A stretch of DNA of 64,000 nt from Desulfobacterales bacterium. GTDB lineage: Bacteria > Desulfobacterota > Desulfobacteria > Desulfobacterales > SpSt-501. Position numbers and translations under genes: made by a program. The notes under the pieces are model-generated. The model had not been told where the DNA came from. It saw only the letters and a list, made by a program, of their open reading frames with translations, and did not search any database. The DNA is taken from NCBI GenBank assembly GCA_037481615.1, contig JBBFLI010000020.1, one strand, 5' to 3'. This document shows positions 47,913 to 56,764 of the stretch, piece by piece; within the stretch, counting starts at the first letter, position 1, and each line of letters begins with the position of its first letter.

Positions 47913-48367
47913 CGGTCTCGTTTTCGGAAGCGATCCCTTTCCGCTGTGTCGCCCGGGCGGCGCAGCTTTCGGGTCCCCTCGCCCGCGAGGAGGAGCTCTA
48001 CGCCCGCGAAGTGACCCGGACCGGTGAAAAGCGGCGCGGGATGCCGCCCGTTTTGGAAAACCCCGCCGCCTTCCGCGCCTGCGCGCCGATCGACCGTTTG
48101 CTCGCGCCGGGGCGATTTCGGGGCCGATCCGGTGGTCCCCGCCGCGAGGGCCCGGACGGCGCTTCCCGTGCGGCGGCCGGGTTTCCGGGTGCCGATCCGG
48201 CCGGGGAAGGGCTGCAGCCGGAGCTTTCCCCGCGGGGCCCGCGGGGTCCCGGGCCGGCCTGCGGCCCATGAGCCCCGACGCCCTGCCGCCGATCGGCCCC
48301 GCCCCCGGGGCCGGCGCGCCGCCGAGCAGCCGACCGGGGCCGCAACCGCACAGCGACCCGTGCTCCT

Positions 48368-50191
48368 TCAGCCTGCGGCGCTTTCGCTGACCCCCTCCGC
48401 GGCGACCTTCCGCCGGCCGTGCGCCGGGTCCTTGCCGCGAGCGGTCGGCCCCGAGGAGCCGCCCACCAGGGCCGTGAGTTCCCGGACGATGCCGCTCACG
48501 GCCTCGGCCTGGTGGCTCATCTCGCTCGCCGCACCGGCAGATTCCTCGGCGCCGGCGGCGTTCTGCTGGACGCTGCGGTCCATGTCGGCGACCGCGCGGT
48601 TGATCTGCTCGATCCCCTGCGCCTGCTCGTCGGAGGCGGCGGCGATTTCGCGCAAGAGCTCCCCCACCTTGCGTGTGCGTTCGGCGACGTCGGCGAACTC
48701 GCCGCTCGCCTGCTTCACCTCGGTCGCCCCTTCGCGGATCGTGGCCACGGTGCTTTCGATCAGGCCCGCCGTGTTCCGCGCCGCCTCGGCCGCCCGCAAC
48801 GCAAGCGCCCGCACCTCGTCGGCGACCACGGCGAAGCCCGCCCCCGCCTGGCCCGCCCGGGCCGCCTCCACCGCCGCGTTCAGGGCGAGGAGGTTGGTCT
48901 GGAAGGCGATTTCGTCGATCGTCTTGATGATGCGCGAGGTTTCCTCGCTCGAACGGGTGATCTCGGCCATGGCGCGGTTGAGACGCGTCATCGAGGCGCC
49001 GGAGGTTTCGACGGCCCGGTTCGCCTCCTGCATGAGCCGGTCGGCCTCGCGCGCGTGATCGGCGTTCTGCCGGGTCATGGAGGACATCTCCTCGAGCGAG
49101 GAGGTGGTCTCCTCGAGCGAGGCCGCCTGGGATGCGGATTGCTGGGCGAGGCTCTGGCTCGCCGTCGACACCTGAACGGCGGCCGCGCTCACCTCGGCCG
49201 CCCCCTGGCTGAGGCGCTGGACGATGCCCTGGATGGGTTTCTGGATCTCCCGCCGGACCATCCAGGCGATCAGGCCGGCCACCGCCGCGGCGACCGCGAG
49301 CACGACGCCGCCGAGGATGTTCCGCAATTGCCGCGCCGGGGCGAGGATTTCGGACATCGGCCGGAGCACCGCCAGCGACCAGCCGGCCGAGGCGACGGGC
49401 CCGAAGCTGACGAGATGCTCTCCCTCCTCGAGGGAAACGGTGAGCATGCCTTCGCCCGCGGCGCCGAGGGCTTCGGCGAGCGGGGCCAGTCCGGGGATGT
49501 CGTGGAGGCCCTGTTTCATCACCCGCGCCGCATCCGGGTGGGCGAGGAAACGGCCCTTGCCGTCCACGAGGCACACGTAGCCCTTCTCCCCGACCCGAAC
49601 CCGGGCCGCTTTCTCGTTCAATGCGGCGAGCCGCCAGCCGAGACCGGCGACCCCCATCGTGCGGTCCTGGTAGGTGAGGGCGGAGGCGATCGTGAGCACG
49701 CCGCCGCCGTCGGCCGCCTGCCGGACCTCCCCAATCACCGGCTCCCGGCTCCCCCGGGCGCGGCGGTAGACCTCCTCCTGGGCGACGCTTTTGCCCTTGA
49801 ATTCGCCCTTCACCGTGTCGCCGACCACCGTGCCTTGGTCGTCGGTCACCCAGAAAAAGGCGTAAGCCGTGGGGTCGTGGAACACGGTCGAGTTCGTGTT
49901 CAGTTTGAAGTCGGCGAGATCGTAGATGCCGCTCTCGGCGATCGACCTGAGCATGTCGACCAGGGTCGCATCCCGCAGCGCGGCGTTTTTGAGCAGATCC
50001 GTCTGCTCGCGCACGATCTGGGTGACCTGCTCGGTCACGACGGCGCGGATGTCCGCGAGCCCCTCGCGGGCGAGACGTTCCATGGCGTTCGAAGACCAGA
50101 AGACGCTGAAGGCGCCCACCCCGATCAGGGGCAGGGCGAGCAGGAGGAGCCCCCCGATGATGAGTTTTTTCCCCAGGCTGACCCGACGCAT
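48368..50191 (-). CDS. Methyl-accepting chemotaxis protein (Cache-type periplasmic sensor, HAMP, MA domain)
   Basis: Two TM segments flank a sensor of about 270 aa. The highly conserved signalling hairpin is present ([49 protein letters not shown]). Confidence 0.92.
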   Translation of the reverse strand: MRRVSLGKKLIIGGLLLLALPLIGVGAFSVFWSSNAMERLAREGLADIRAVVTEQVTQIVREQTDLLKNAALRDATLVDMLRSIAESGIYDLADFKLNTNSTVFHDPTAYAFFWVTDDQGTVVGDTVKGEFKGKSVAQEEVYRRARGSREPVIGEVRQAADGGGVLTIASALTYQDRTMGVAGLGWRLAALNEKAARVRVGEKGYVCLVDGKGRFLAHPDAARVMKQGLHDIPGLAPLAEALGAAGEGMLTVSLEEGEHLVSFGPVASAGWSLAVLRPMSEILAPARQLRNILGGVVLAVAAAVAGLIAWMVRREIQKPIQGIVQRLSQGAAEVSAAAVQVSTASQSLAQQSASQAASLEETTSSLEEMSSMTRQNADHAREADRLMQEANRAVETSGASMTRLNRAMAEITRSSEETSRIIKTIDEIAFQTNLLALNAAVEAARAGQAGAGFAVVADEVRALALRAAEAARNTAGLIESTVATIREGATEVKQASGEFADVAERTRKVGELLREIAAASDEQAQGIEQINRAVADMDRSVQQNAAGAEESAGAASEMSHQAEAVSGIVRELTALVGGSSGPTARGKDPAHGRRKVAAEGVSESAAG

Positions 50192-50362
50192 GGCTTTTGC
50201 TCTCCTCTCCGATGGCCGATGACGGTACCCTGCCCGGCATGACGCGGCGGCGGGCGGAGGGTTACCGGGTTTATCGGCCGAGGGGGGCTTTTCCTTTAAA
50301 GTTCCCGGCGCCGACGGGGCGGTGCCGCCCGGCGGGAGGTCTGCAAAGAGGGGGCGGCCGGA

Positions 50363-51808
50363 CTATTTGCGGTAGAACTCGGGCACGACCAGGATGAGCA
50401 GGGTATAGATCTCCAGGCGCCCGAGGAGCATGAGGACGATCAGCACCCCTTTGGCCGGGTCGGAGAGCGGGGCGAAGGTCTGGCTGGGGCCGACCGCGCC
50501 GAAACCGGGCCCGGTGTTCCCCAGCGCGGTCGCTGCGGCGCCGGCGGCGCTCACGAGATCGAGGCCGGAGAGCGAGAGCAGGAGAGCGCCCGCGGCGAAG
50601 AGGAGCACATAGAGGGCGACGAAGGCGAGGATGCTGTGGGCGATCTCCTCGGTCACCACGCGGCCGCCGAGTTTGAGGCGGCTCACCGCGTGGGGGTGGA
50701 TGAGAAGGTAGAGCTCGCGGTAGCAGTGCTTGAGGGCGACGATCACGCGCAGGCATTTCATGCCGCCGCCCGTCGAGCCGGCGCAGGCGCCGATGAACAT
50801 GCAGCCGAAGAGCAGCAGACGTGCGGTGTCGGGCCAGCGGTCGTAGTCGGCGGTCGCGTAACCCGTGGTCGTGAGGATCGAGGCGACCTGGAAGGCGCCG
50901 TAGCGCAGCGCCTCCCCCCAGCCGGCGTAGACCGTCCCGTGGATCGACACGGCGACCCCGGCAACCAGGGCGGCGACGAGCCCCAGGTAGAAGCGGCACT
51001 CGGCGTCGCGCCAGAAGGCGAGCCCTTCTCCCCGCAGCAGCCGGTAGTGCAGGGAGAAGTTGATGCCGGCGAGAACCATGAAGCCGAGGATCACGAGATC
51101 GACATAGAGGCTGCCGAAATGCTCGATCGAGGCGTTCCAGGGGGAGAAGCCGCCCGTCGGCAGGGTGGTGAGCGCATGGTTGACGGCGTCGAAGAGCCCC
51201 ATGCCGCCCGCGGCGAGCAAGGCCGCCTCGGCCGCGGTGAAGAGGACGTAGACCTTCCAGAGGACCTTGGCCGTGTCGCGCATGTGGGGCCGCAGCCGGT
51301 CCGGCACGGGGGTCGGGGCTTCGGCCTTGTAGAGCTGCATGCCCCCCACCTTGAGGAAGGGCAGGATGGCGATCGAGAGCACGATGATCCCCATGCCGCC
51401 CAGCCACTGGATGAAACTGCGCCAGACGATCAGGCTGCGCGGCAGGACTTCGATGTCGGCGATGATCGTGGAGCCGGTCGTGGTGAAGCCCGAGACGGAC
51501 TCGAAGAGGGCGTCGGTCCAGGAGAGGCCCAGTGCGAAGCGGAAGGGGAGGGCGCCGAACACCGCCGCCGCGATCCAGCCGCAGGAGACGATCGCCATCC
51601 CCTCGCGGGACGTGAGCACCTCGGCCTGCTCGCGGCGGAGAGTGAGGTGCATGACGAGGCCGCAGCCGATGCTGAGCCCGGCCGAGAGCGCAAAGGGCCC
51701 TGCCGCGGCTTCCCCCCCCAGGAGGGCGAGCCCGAGCGGCAGCAAGAGGGCGGCGCCGATGACGAGCACGAGCAGGCCCGTCACATGGAGCACATACCCC
51801 CAGCGCAT
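50363..51808 (-). CDS. trkH: Trk-type potassium uptake protein TrkH
   Basis: FESVSGFTTTGST, WLGGMGIIVL, TTTGYATAD and GACAGSTGGGMK are selectivity-filter-like repeats. Confidence 0.93.
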   Translation of the reverse strand: MRWGYVLHVTGLLVLVIGAALLLPLGLALLGGEAAAGPFALSAGLSIGCGLVMHLTLRREQAEVLTSREGMAIVSCGWIAAAVFGALPFRFALGLSWTDALFESVSGFTTTGSTIIADIEVLPRSLIVWRSFIQWLGGMGIIVLSIAILPFLKVGGMQLYKAEAPTPVPDRLRPHMRDTAKVLWKVYVLFTAAEAALLAAGGMGLFDAVNHALTTLPTGGFSPWNASIEHFGSLYVDLVILGFMVLAGINFSLHYRLLRGEGLAFWRDAECRFYLGLVAALVAGVAVSIHGTVYAGWGEALRYGAFQVASILTTTGYATADYDRWPDTARLLLFGCMFIGACAGSTGGGMKCLRVIVALKHCYRELYLLIHPHAVSRLKLGGRVVTEEIAHSILAFVALYVLLFAAGALLLSLSGLDLVSAAGAAATALGNTGPGFGAVGPSQTFAPLSDPAKGVLIVLMLLGRLEIYTLLILVVPEFYRK

Positions 51809-53172
51809 CAGAAATACTCCAGCTTCACCGCGAGCAGCCGTTCGATACCGGGGACGGCGTCGCGCAGAGCGAAGAGAATCACCCGGTCTCCCGGCTCGAC
51901 CACGCTTTCCCCCGTGGGAAGGATGATGCGGCCGTCGCGGATGACGGCCGCGACCATGGCCCCTTTGGGGAACTCGACCGATCGCAGCGGCCGGCCGACG
52001 ATGTCCGAGGTCTCGAGCGCGACCGCCTCGAGCACCTCGGCCTGCTCGCCTTGGATCGCCATGGCCGACAAAACTTTCCCCTTGCGGATGTGCTGCAGGA
52101 TGGAGTTGATGGCCGAAAGCCGCGGGCTCACGACCTGCTCGATCCCGATCGCCTTCATCAGCGGGAAGTAGCTGAACTTGTCGATCTTGCAGATCGCCTT
52201 GCCGACCCCCAGGCGTGTGGCGAGGAGCGCGGTCAGGATGTTCGTCTCCTCGTCCTGGGTCACGGTGACGACCAGATCCATGTCGCGGACGTTTTCTTCC
52301 TGGAGCAGGTCCTGGTCGGAGCCGTCACCGCACAGGACGACGGTGCGGCCGAGCTTTTCGGCGAGGAGCGCGCAGCGGTCGGCGTTCTTTTCGATCACCT
52401 TGGCGGCGATCCCCTTGTCTTCGAGCCGGGCGGCGAGGCGCAGGCCGATGCGGCCGCCCCCCACGATCAGCACGCGCCGGATGGGGGATTCCCGCTTGCC
52501 GAAGAAGGCGAGGTTGTCGAAGAGGCGCTCCTCCTCGCTGATGAAGTAGGCGAGGTCGCCGGGGCGGAGCCGGTCCTTGCCGCGGGGGACGATCAGGCGG
52601 TTTTCGCGCACCAGGGCGGCGATCAGCGGCCGCACCGGCCCGGACAACCCCGGCAATTCCGACAGCCGCATCCCGGCGAGCGGGGAGCGGGCGTCGATGG
52701 CGATGCCGACGAGCTTGATCCTCCCGCCCTCGAAGCTGCCCACGTCCACGGCTCCGGGGACGCTCATCAATTCGAGGATGGTGTGCACCACCTCCGTTTC
52801 CGGGTTGATGATCGTCTGGATGTGGGGCGGTTTTTCCCGCAGGGGAGCGGCCAACTCGTCGTAGGACTCGTCGCGGATGCGGGCGATCTTGGTCGTGTGG
52901 GGGGCGAGGAGATCGGCCGCCAGGCAGGCGACGAGGTTCGTCTCGTCGCGGTCGGTCACGGCGAGCAGGATGTCGGCGCCGCGGATTCCGGCCTCCCGGA
53001 GGACGTTGGGATTGCTCCCCGAGCCGAGAACCGTCTGGACGTCGAGATGGTCCTCGACCCGCCGGATGGCCTCCGGGCTGTCGTCGACGAGGACGACGTC
53101 CTTTTCCTCAAGGGAGAGCTGGCGGGCGATGTGAAAGCCGACCTCCCCCGCCCCGACGATCACGATTCTCAT
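51808..53172 (-). CDS. trkA: Trk system NAD-binding protein TrkA (double RCK)
   Basis: MRIVIVGAGEVG... and a second Rossmann VLIVGGGRIG. Its stop overlaps the trkH start (ATGA-type coupling). Confidence 0.93.
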   Translation of the reverse strand: MRIVIVGAGEVGFHIARQLSLEEKDVVLVDDSPEAIRRVEDHLDVQTVLGSGSNPNVLREAGIRGADILLAVTDRDETNLVACLAADLLAPHTTKIARIRDESYDELAAPLREKPPHIQTIINPETEVVHTILELMSVPGAVDVGSFEGGRIKLVGIAIDARSPLAGMRLSELPGLSGPVRPLIAALVRENRLIVPRGKDRLRPGDLAYFISEEERLFDNLAFFGKRESPIRRVLIVGGGRIGLRLAARLEDKGIAAKVIEKNADRCALLAEKLGRTVVLCGDGSDQDLLQEENVRDMDLVVTVTQDEETNILTALLATRLGVGKAICKIDKFSYFPLMKAIGIEQVVSPRLSAINSILQHIRKGKVLSAMAIQGEQAEVLEAVALETSDIVGRPLRSVEFPKGAMVAAVIRDGRIILPTGESVVEPGDRVILFALRDAVPGIERLLAVKLEYF

Positions 53173-53263
53173 GCTGTCCTGCCGGAAAGGTCCTCCGACG
53201 GGCGCGGAGACTATCCCCCGCGGGAAAGGCTGTCAAGGCCGGCCCCGCGGCTGCGCGCAGCGC

Positions 53264-53932
53264 TCAGTCGGCGAGTTTCGGCGACTGCAACCGGCGGCGG
53301 CCCCACTGCATGCGCACGAACTCGACGGCGGCGGGGATGCCGGGGATGAGCACCAGGGCCACGATCACCAGGCTGAAGTGCTCCTGGATCAGGGGCAGGG
53401 TCCCGAACCAGTACCCTGCGGGGACGAAGATCAGGACCCAGAGGGCCGCGCCGAAGACGTTGAAGAAGAGGAAGCGCGGGTAGGCCATGCTGCCGATCCC
53501 GGCCACGAAGGGGGCGAAGGTGCGGATGATGGGCAGAAAACGGGCGATCACGATCGTCTTGCCGCCGTGCCGACGGTAGAAGGCGTGCGTGCGGTGGAGG
53601 TATTCCTTGTTCAGGAACCGGCCGTGGTCCTCGTGGAAGACCCGGGGGCCGACGTAATGGCCGATCGAGTAGTTCACGCTGTCCCCCAGGACAGCGGCCG
53701 TGAGCAGGACGGCGATCGCCGCCCCCAGGTCGAGGGCGCCGATCGCGGCCATCGAGCCCACCGCGAAGAGCAGCGAATCCCCCGGCAGAAAGGGGGTGAC
53801 GACGAGGCCGGTCTCGCAGAAGATGATGACGAAGAGGATCGCGTAGACCCACAGCCCGTAGACCGCGCAGAGATCCTGCAGGTGGCGGTCGATGTGCAGG
53901 ACGAAATCGACGAGAAACGAAACGAGTTCCAT
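53264..53932 (-). CDS. DedA-family membrane protein
   Basis: FCETGLVVTPFLPGDSLLFAVG...IARFLPIIRTFAPFVAG is the DedA/SNARE-associated signature. Confidence 0.88.
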   Translation of the reverse strand: MELVSFLVDFVLHIDRHLQDLCAVYGLWVYAILFVIIFCETGLVVTPFLPGDSLLFAVGSMAAIGALDLGAAIAVLLTAAVLGDSVNYSIGHYVGPRVFHEDHGRFLNKEYLHRTHAFYRRHGGKTIVIARFLPIIRTFAPFVAGIGSMAYPRFLFFNVFGAALWVLIFVPAGYWFGTLPLIQEHFSLVIVALVLIPGIPAAVEFVRMQWGRRRLQSPKLAD

Positions 53933-54042
53933 CGTGCCCTCCCCGGGCATGAAGGCCGCGGACCGGTCGAAACGCAACGTGCCCGGAACACCCGGGCACC
54001 CAAGCCTCAAAATAGCACAGGCTTGCGGGAAAGCAAAGGCGC

Positions 54043-55089
54043 TCAGCCGACGGTGACCGTCACCCCATGCTCCTCGACCCCGTTGTTCCCGTAGCCGAGA
54101 ACGTTCCAGGAGGCGCGGTCCGGCTGTCGCCGGCCGGTGTTGTCCCGCGCACGCGCAAGGATCCGGGTGGGCCCCCTTTCCCGGGGGACCCACGGGAGCT
54201 GCCAGTGGCGCCAGGCGAAACGGGCGCGCGGTCCGAGGAGCTCGGCGGGAAGCCAGCTTTGCCCCCCGTCGCAGGAGACCTCGACGGCTTCGACTTCCGC
54301 TTCCCCCGCCCAGGCGGCGCCCAGGACCGGGAAGGGGACGCCGGCGGGGAGGGCATCGCCGGGGCGAGGCCGGAGGATGACCGCCTTGAGGGGCATCGCC
54401 GTCACCGGCTCGCCGGATGCAGGGTCCTCGCCCTTCCGGAACACACGGTAGACGCGGTCCATGAAGAACCCGGCCCAGGGCCGCTCGAGGACGACGATGC
54501 GTTTCAGCCACTTGACGCTGTTCGCCCCGGTCCAGCCGAGGGCGAGCGCGCGCAGCGGGAAGCCGTGCTCGAGCGGGAGGGGCTCGCCGTTCATTTCCCA
54601 GGCGAGGAGCGTCGAGGAAAGGGCCTTCTCGAGGGGGATGCTGCGGATGAAGGGCACCCCGGCGGCGCCGAGCGGGCGGTCCAGCCCCTGGAAGGCGACG
54701 TGCGCGGCCGTGGGCTTGAGGCCGGCGGCCGCGAGCACCTCGCGCAGCCAGATCCCCCCCCAGACGGCGTTTCCCACCCCGCCCACCGTCCAGGGGTTGC
54801 CGGAAGCGCGCTCGGCGAGCAGCGCCCGGCCGTTTCCGGAACACTCGAGGGTCCCGGCCGCGATTGCCCGCGGCAGGCGCAGAAGCTCCTCCATCGCCAG
54901 CCGGAGCGGGCGTTCGACCTCGCCCTCCACCGAAAGTCGCCAGCGGCGCAGGTCGGCCTTGCGGCGGGGGATGGCTCCCTGGTTGCGTGCGAAGAAGACG
55001 CGATGGGCGGTGATCCAGGAAAGCAAGTGTTCCGGGGGGGTCTCGGCGTTGAGCGGTCTATCGCTCAGGATGCGCAGGCGGGAGACCAT
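54043..55089 (-). CDS. Sulfite-oxidase-fold molybdopterin oxidoreductase with dimerisation domain and no signal peptide
   Basis: NAETPPEHL...FFARNQGAIP...W.LSVEGEVERPL...TLECSGNGR (Mo-ligand Cys)...LAWEMNGEPLPLEHGFPLR..., then a C-terminal Ig-like domain (VEVSCDGGQSW). SD GAGGAGGG, then ATG 55089. Confidence 0.85.
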   Translation of the reverse strand: MVSRLRILSDRPLNAETPPEHLLSWITAHRVFFARNQGAIPRRKADLRRWRLSVEGEVERPLRLAMEELLRLPRAIAAGTLECSGNGRALLAERASGNPWTVGGVGNAVWGGIWLREVLAAAGLKPTAAHVAFQGLDRPLGAAGVPFIRSIPLEKALSSTLLAWEMNGEPLPLEHGFPLRALALGWTGANSVKWLKRIVVLERPWAGFFMDRVYRVFRKGEDPASGEPVTAMPLKAVILRPRPGDALPAGVPFPVLGAAWAGEAEVEAVEVSCDGGQSWLPAELLGPRARFAWRHWQLPWVPRERGPTRILARARDNTGRRQPDRASWNVLGYGNNGVEEHGVTVTVG

Positions 55090-55166
55090 GATGGAACCCT
55101 CCTCGTGTTTCGGAGCCGGGGCTGCACAGCATGCAGAAGGCAGTGGACCGCGGCCGGGAGGAAAAG

Positions 55167-56732
55167 TCAATCCTTTCGCCGCGCGGCCAGGCGGCGCGCG
55201 ATGGCCCGGGCGGTCGGCGTCAGCGAAAGCCCACCGCCTCCCGTGCAGCGCAGCTCCGGGGGGAGTCTCCGGCCCACGTCGGCCATGGCGGCGATCGTCT
55301 CGTCGAGGGGGATCACGGGGTCGAACCCGGCGAGCGCGAGGTTGGCGCAGGAGAGGGCGTTGGCGACGGCGAGCACGTTGCGCCCCAGGCAGGGGACTTC
55401 CACGCGGTTGGCGACCGGGTCGCAGACGAGGCCGAGCACGTTCTGGAGCGCCATCGAAGCCGCGGCGGCCGCCTGAGGCGCACTTCCCCGGCTCAAGGCG
55501 ACGAGTGCCGCGGCGGCCATGGCCGAGGCGGCCCCGCACTCGGCGAGGCAGCCGCCGAGCTCGGCCGCGAAGGTCGCGTGAGCGGCGACGAAGACGCCGA
55601 TCATCCCGGCCGCGAGCAGGCCGGACGCGGCCCCCGGGGCGCCGAGCGCCAACGTGTCGACCAGGCCGAACACGGCGGCCGGGACCGCGCCGCAGGATCC
55701 GGCGGTGGGCGCGGCGACGATCGTCCCGAAGGCGCTCTTCACCTCCATGAGGGCGGCGGCGTAGAGGACCATCCGGTTGAGGACGCCGGAGTCGATCAGG
55801 CCGCCCCGCGACAGGGCGGCGCGGAACGCGGGGGCCTGGGCGGGAAGAATGCGATCGGGGAAGTCCGTGCCGGAAAGACCCTGCTCGATCGAGCGCGCGA
55901 GGATCCCGGCGACCCGTTGCATGCGGCGGAAGACCTCCTCTTCGGGGATGCCCCCCCGTGCGCTTTCGTAGGCGGCGGCGAGCGCCGTGAGATCGAGGTC
56001 CCGTCCCCGGTTCCAGGCGAGCATCTCCGCGCAGGAGAGAAAGGGCACACGGATGTCCGGCCGGGTGAGCACGGGGAGGACGGGCCGGATGGGCCGCACC
56101 CAGCGCACCCCCGGAAGGCGGGCGAGTTCCCGGAGAAACTCGGCGGGGAGGGGCGCAGGGGTCCGCAGTTCGATCAATACCGTCGGCTCCCCCCCGTGCG
56201 CGAGGACTTCCGCTCCCGGAGGGAAACCGGCGGGGAGATCCGCCGGGGGGAAGCGCCGGTCGGCCGCGAGCAGCGTCACGTGGCGGTCGCCGCGCAGCGA
56301 GAGGGAAATGCCGTCGATCGAGGTCACCTCGACCATGCCCCCTCCCGTCGACAACGCGATCATCGCCCGCCGCTCTCCTCCGCCCTCGAGGGTCAGGCGG
56401 TAGGTGTTGGGGTGGGGGTCGCCGTAGGGGCCGACCCGGATCTCAACGGCGACGCCGCGGCGGGCGAGTTCCTCCCCCGCTTGGGGAAGCCGCTCGTCGT
56501 CTGCATCCCAGCCGAGCAAGCCGGCGAAGAGACCGGTGTCCGAGCCTTGCTCCGTGTGGGTGTGGGCGAGCGAGCCCGCCGCATCGAACTCGAGGAGGAG
56601 CCGCTCGATCCGCCCGGCCATGAGATCGTGCGCCATGCGGCCGATCCGCACCGCGGCCGCGCAGTGCGAGCTCGACGGCCCGCGCATGACCGGGCCGATC
56701 ACGTCGTTGAAGATGCTGGGGGGGAGATCCAT
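55167..56732 (-). CDS. Fe-S-dependent L-serine dehydratase-family enzyme, single chain (beta-ACT-alpha)
   Basis: IFNDVIGPVMRGPSSSHCAAAVRIG..., IVAAPTAGSCGAVPAAV, ELGGCLAECGAASAMAAA and LGLVCDPV match the SdaA/SdaB signatures. It is only the 3' third of the spurious 55167-58880 ORF. Confidence 0.85.
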   Translation of the reverse strand: MDLPPSIFNDVIGPVMRGPSSSHCAAAVRIGRMAHDLMAGRIERLLLEFDAAGSLAHTHTEQGSDTGLFAGLLGWDADDERLPQAGEELARRGVAVEIRVGPYGDPHPNTYRLTLEGGGERRAMIALSTGGGMVEVTSIDGISLSLRGDRHVTLLAADRRFPPADLPAGFPPGAEVLAHGGEPTVLIELRTPAPLPAEFLRELARLPGVRWVRPIRPVLPVLTRPDIRVPFLSCAEMLAWNRGRDLDLTALAAAYESARGGIPEEEVFRRMQRVAGILARSIEQGLSGTDFPDRILPAQAPAFRAALSRGGLIDSGVLNRMVLYAAALMEVKSAFGTIVAAPTAGSCGAVPAAVFGLVDTLALGAPGAASGLLAAGMIGVFVAAHATFAAELGGCLAECGAASAMAAAALVALSRGSAPQAAAAASMALQNVLGLVCDPVANRVEVPCLGRNVLAVANALSCANLALAGFDPVIPLDETIAAMADVGRRLPPELRCTGGGGLSLTPTARAIARRLAARRKD

Positions 56733-56764
56733 GCTCAGCCTGTCCCCGGGGCCCGGGCCCCGCC

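Noticed and set aside
48011-48271. ORF 48011-48271 (+) and ORF 47998-48351 (-) as small genes in the GC-rich spacer
   Set aside because: The translations are low-complexity (Pro/Arg/Gly), with no SD and no motif. Nothing distinguishes them from random open frames at this G+C.
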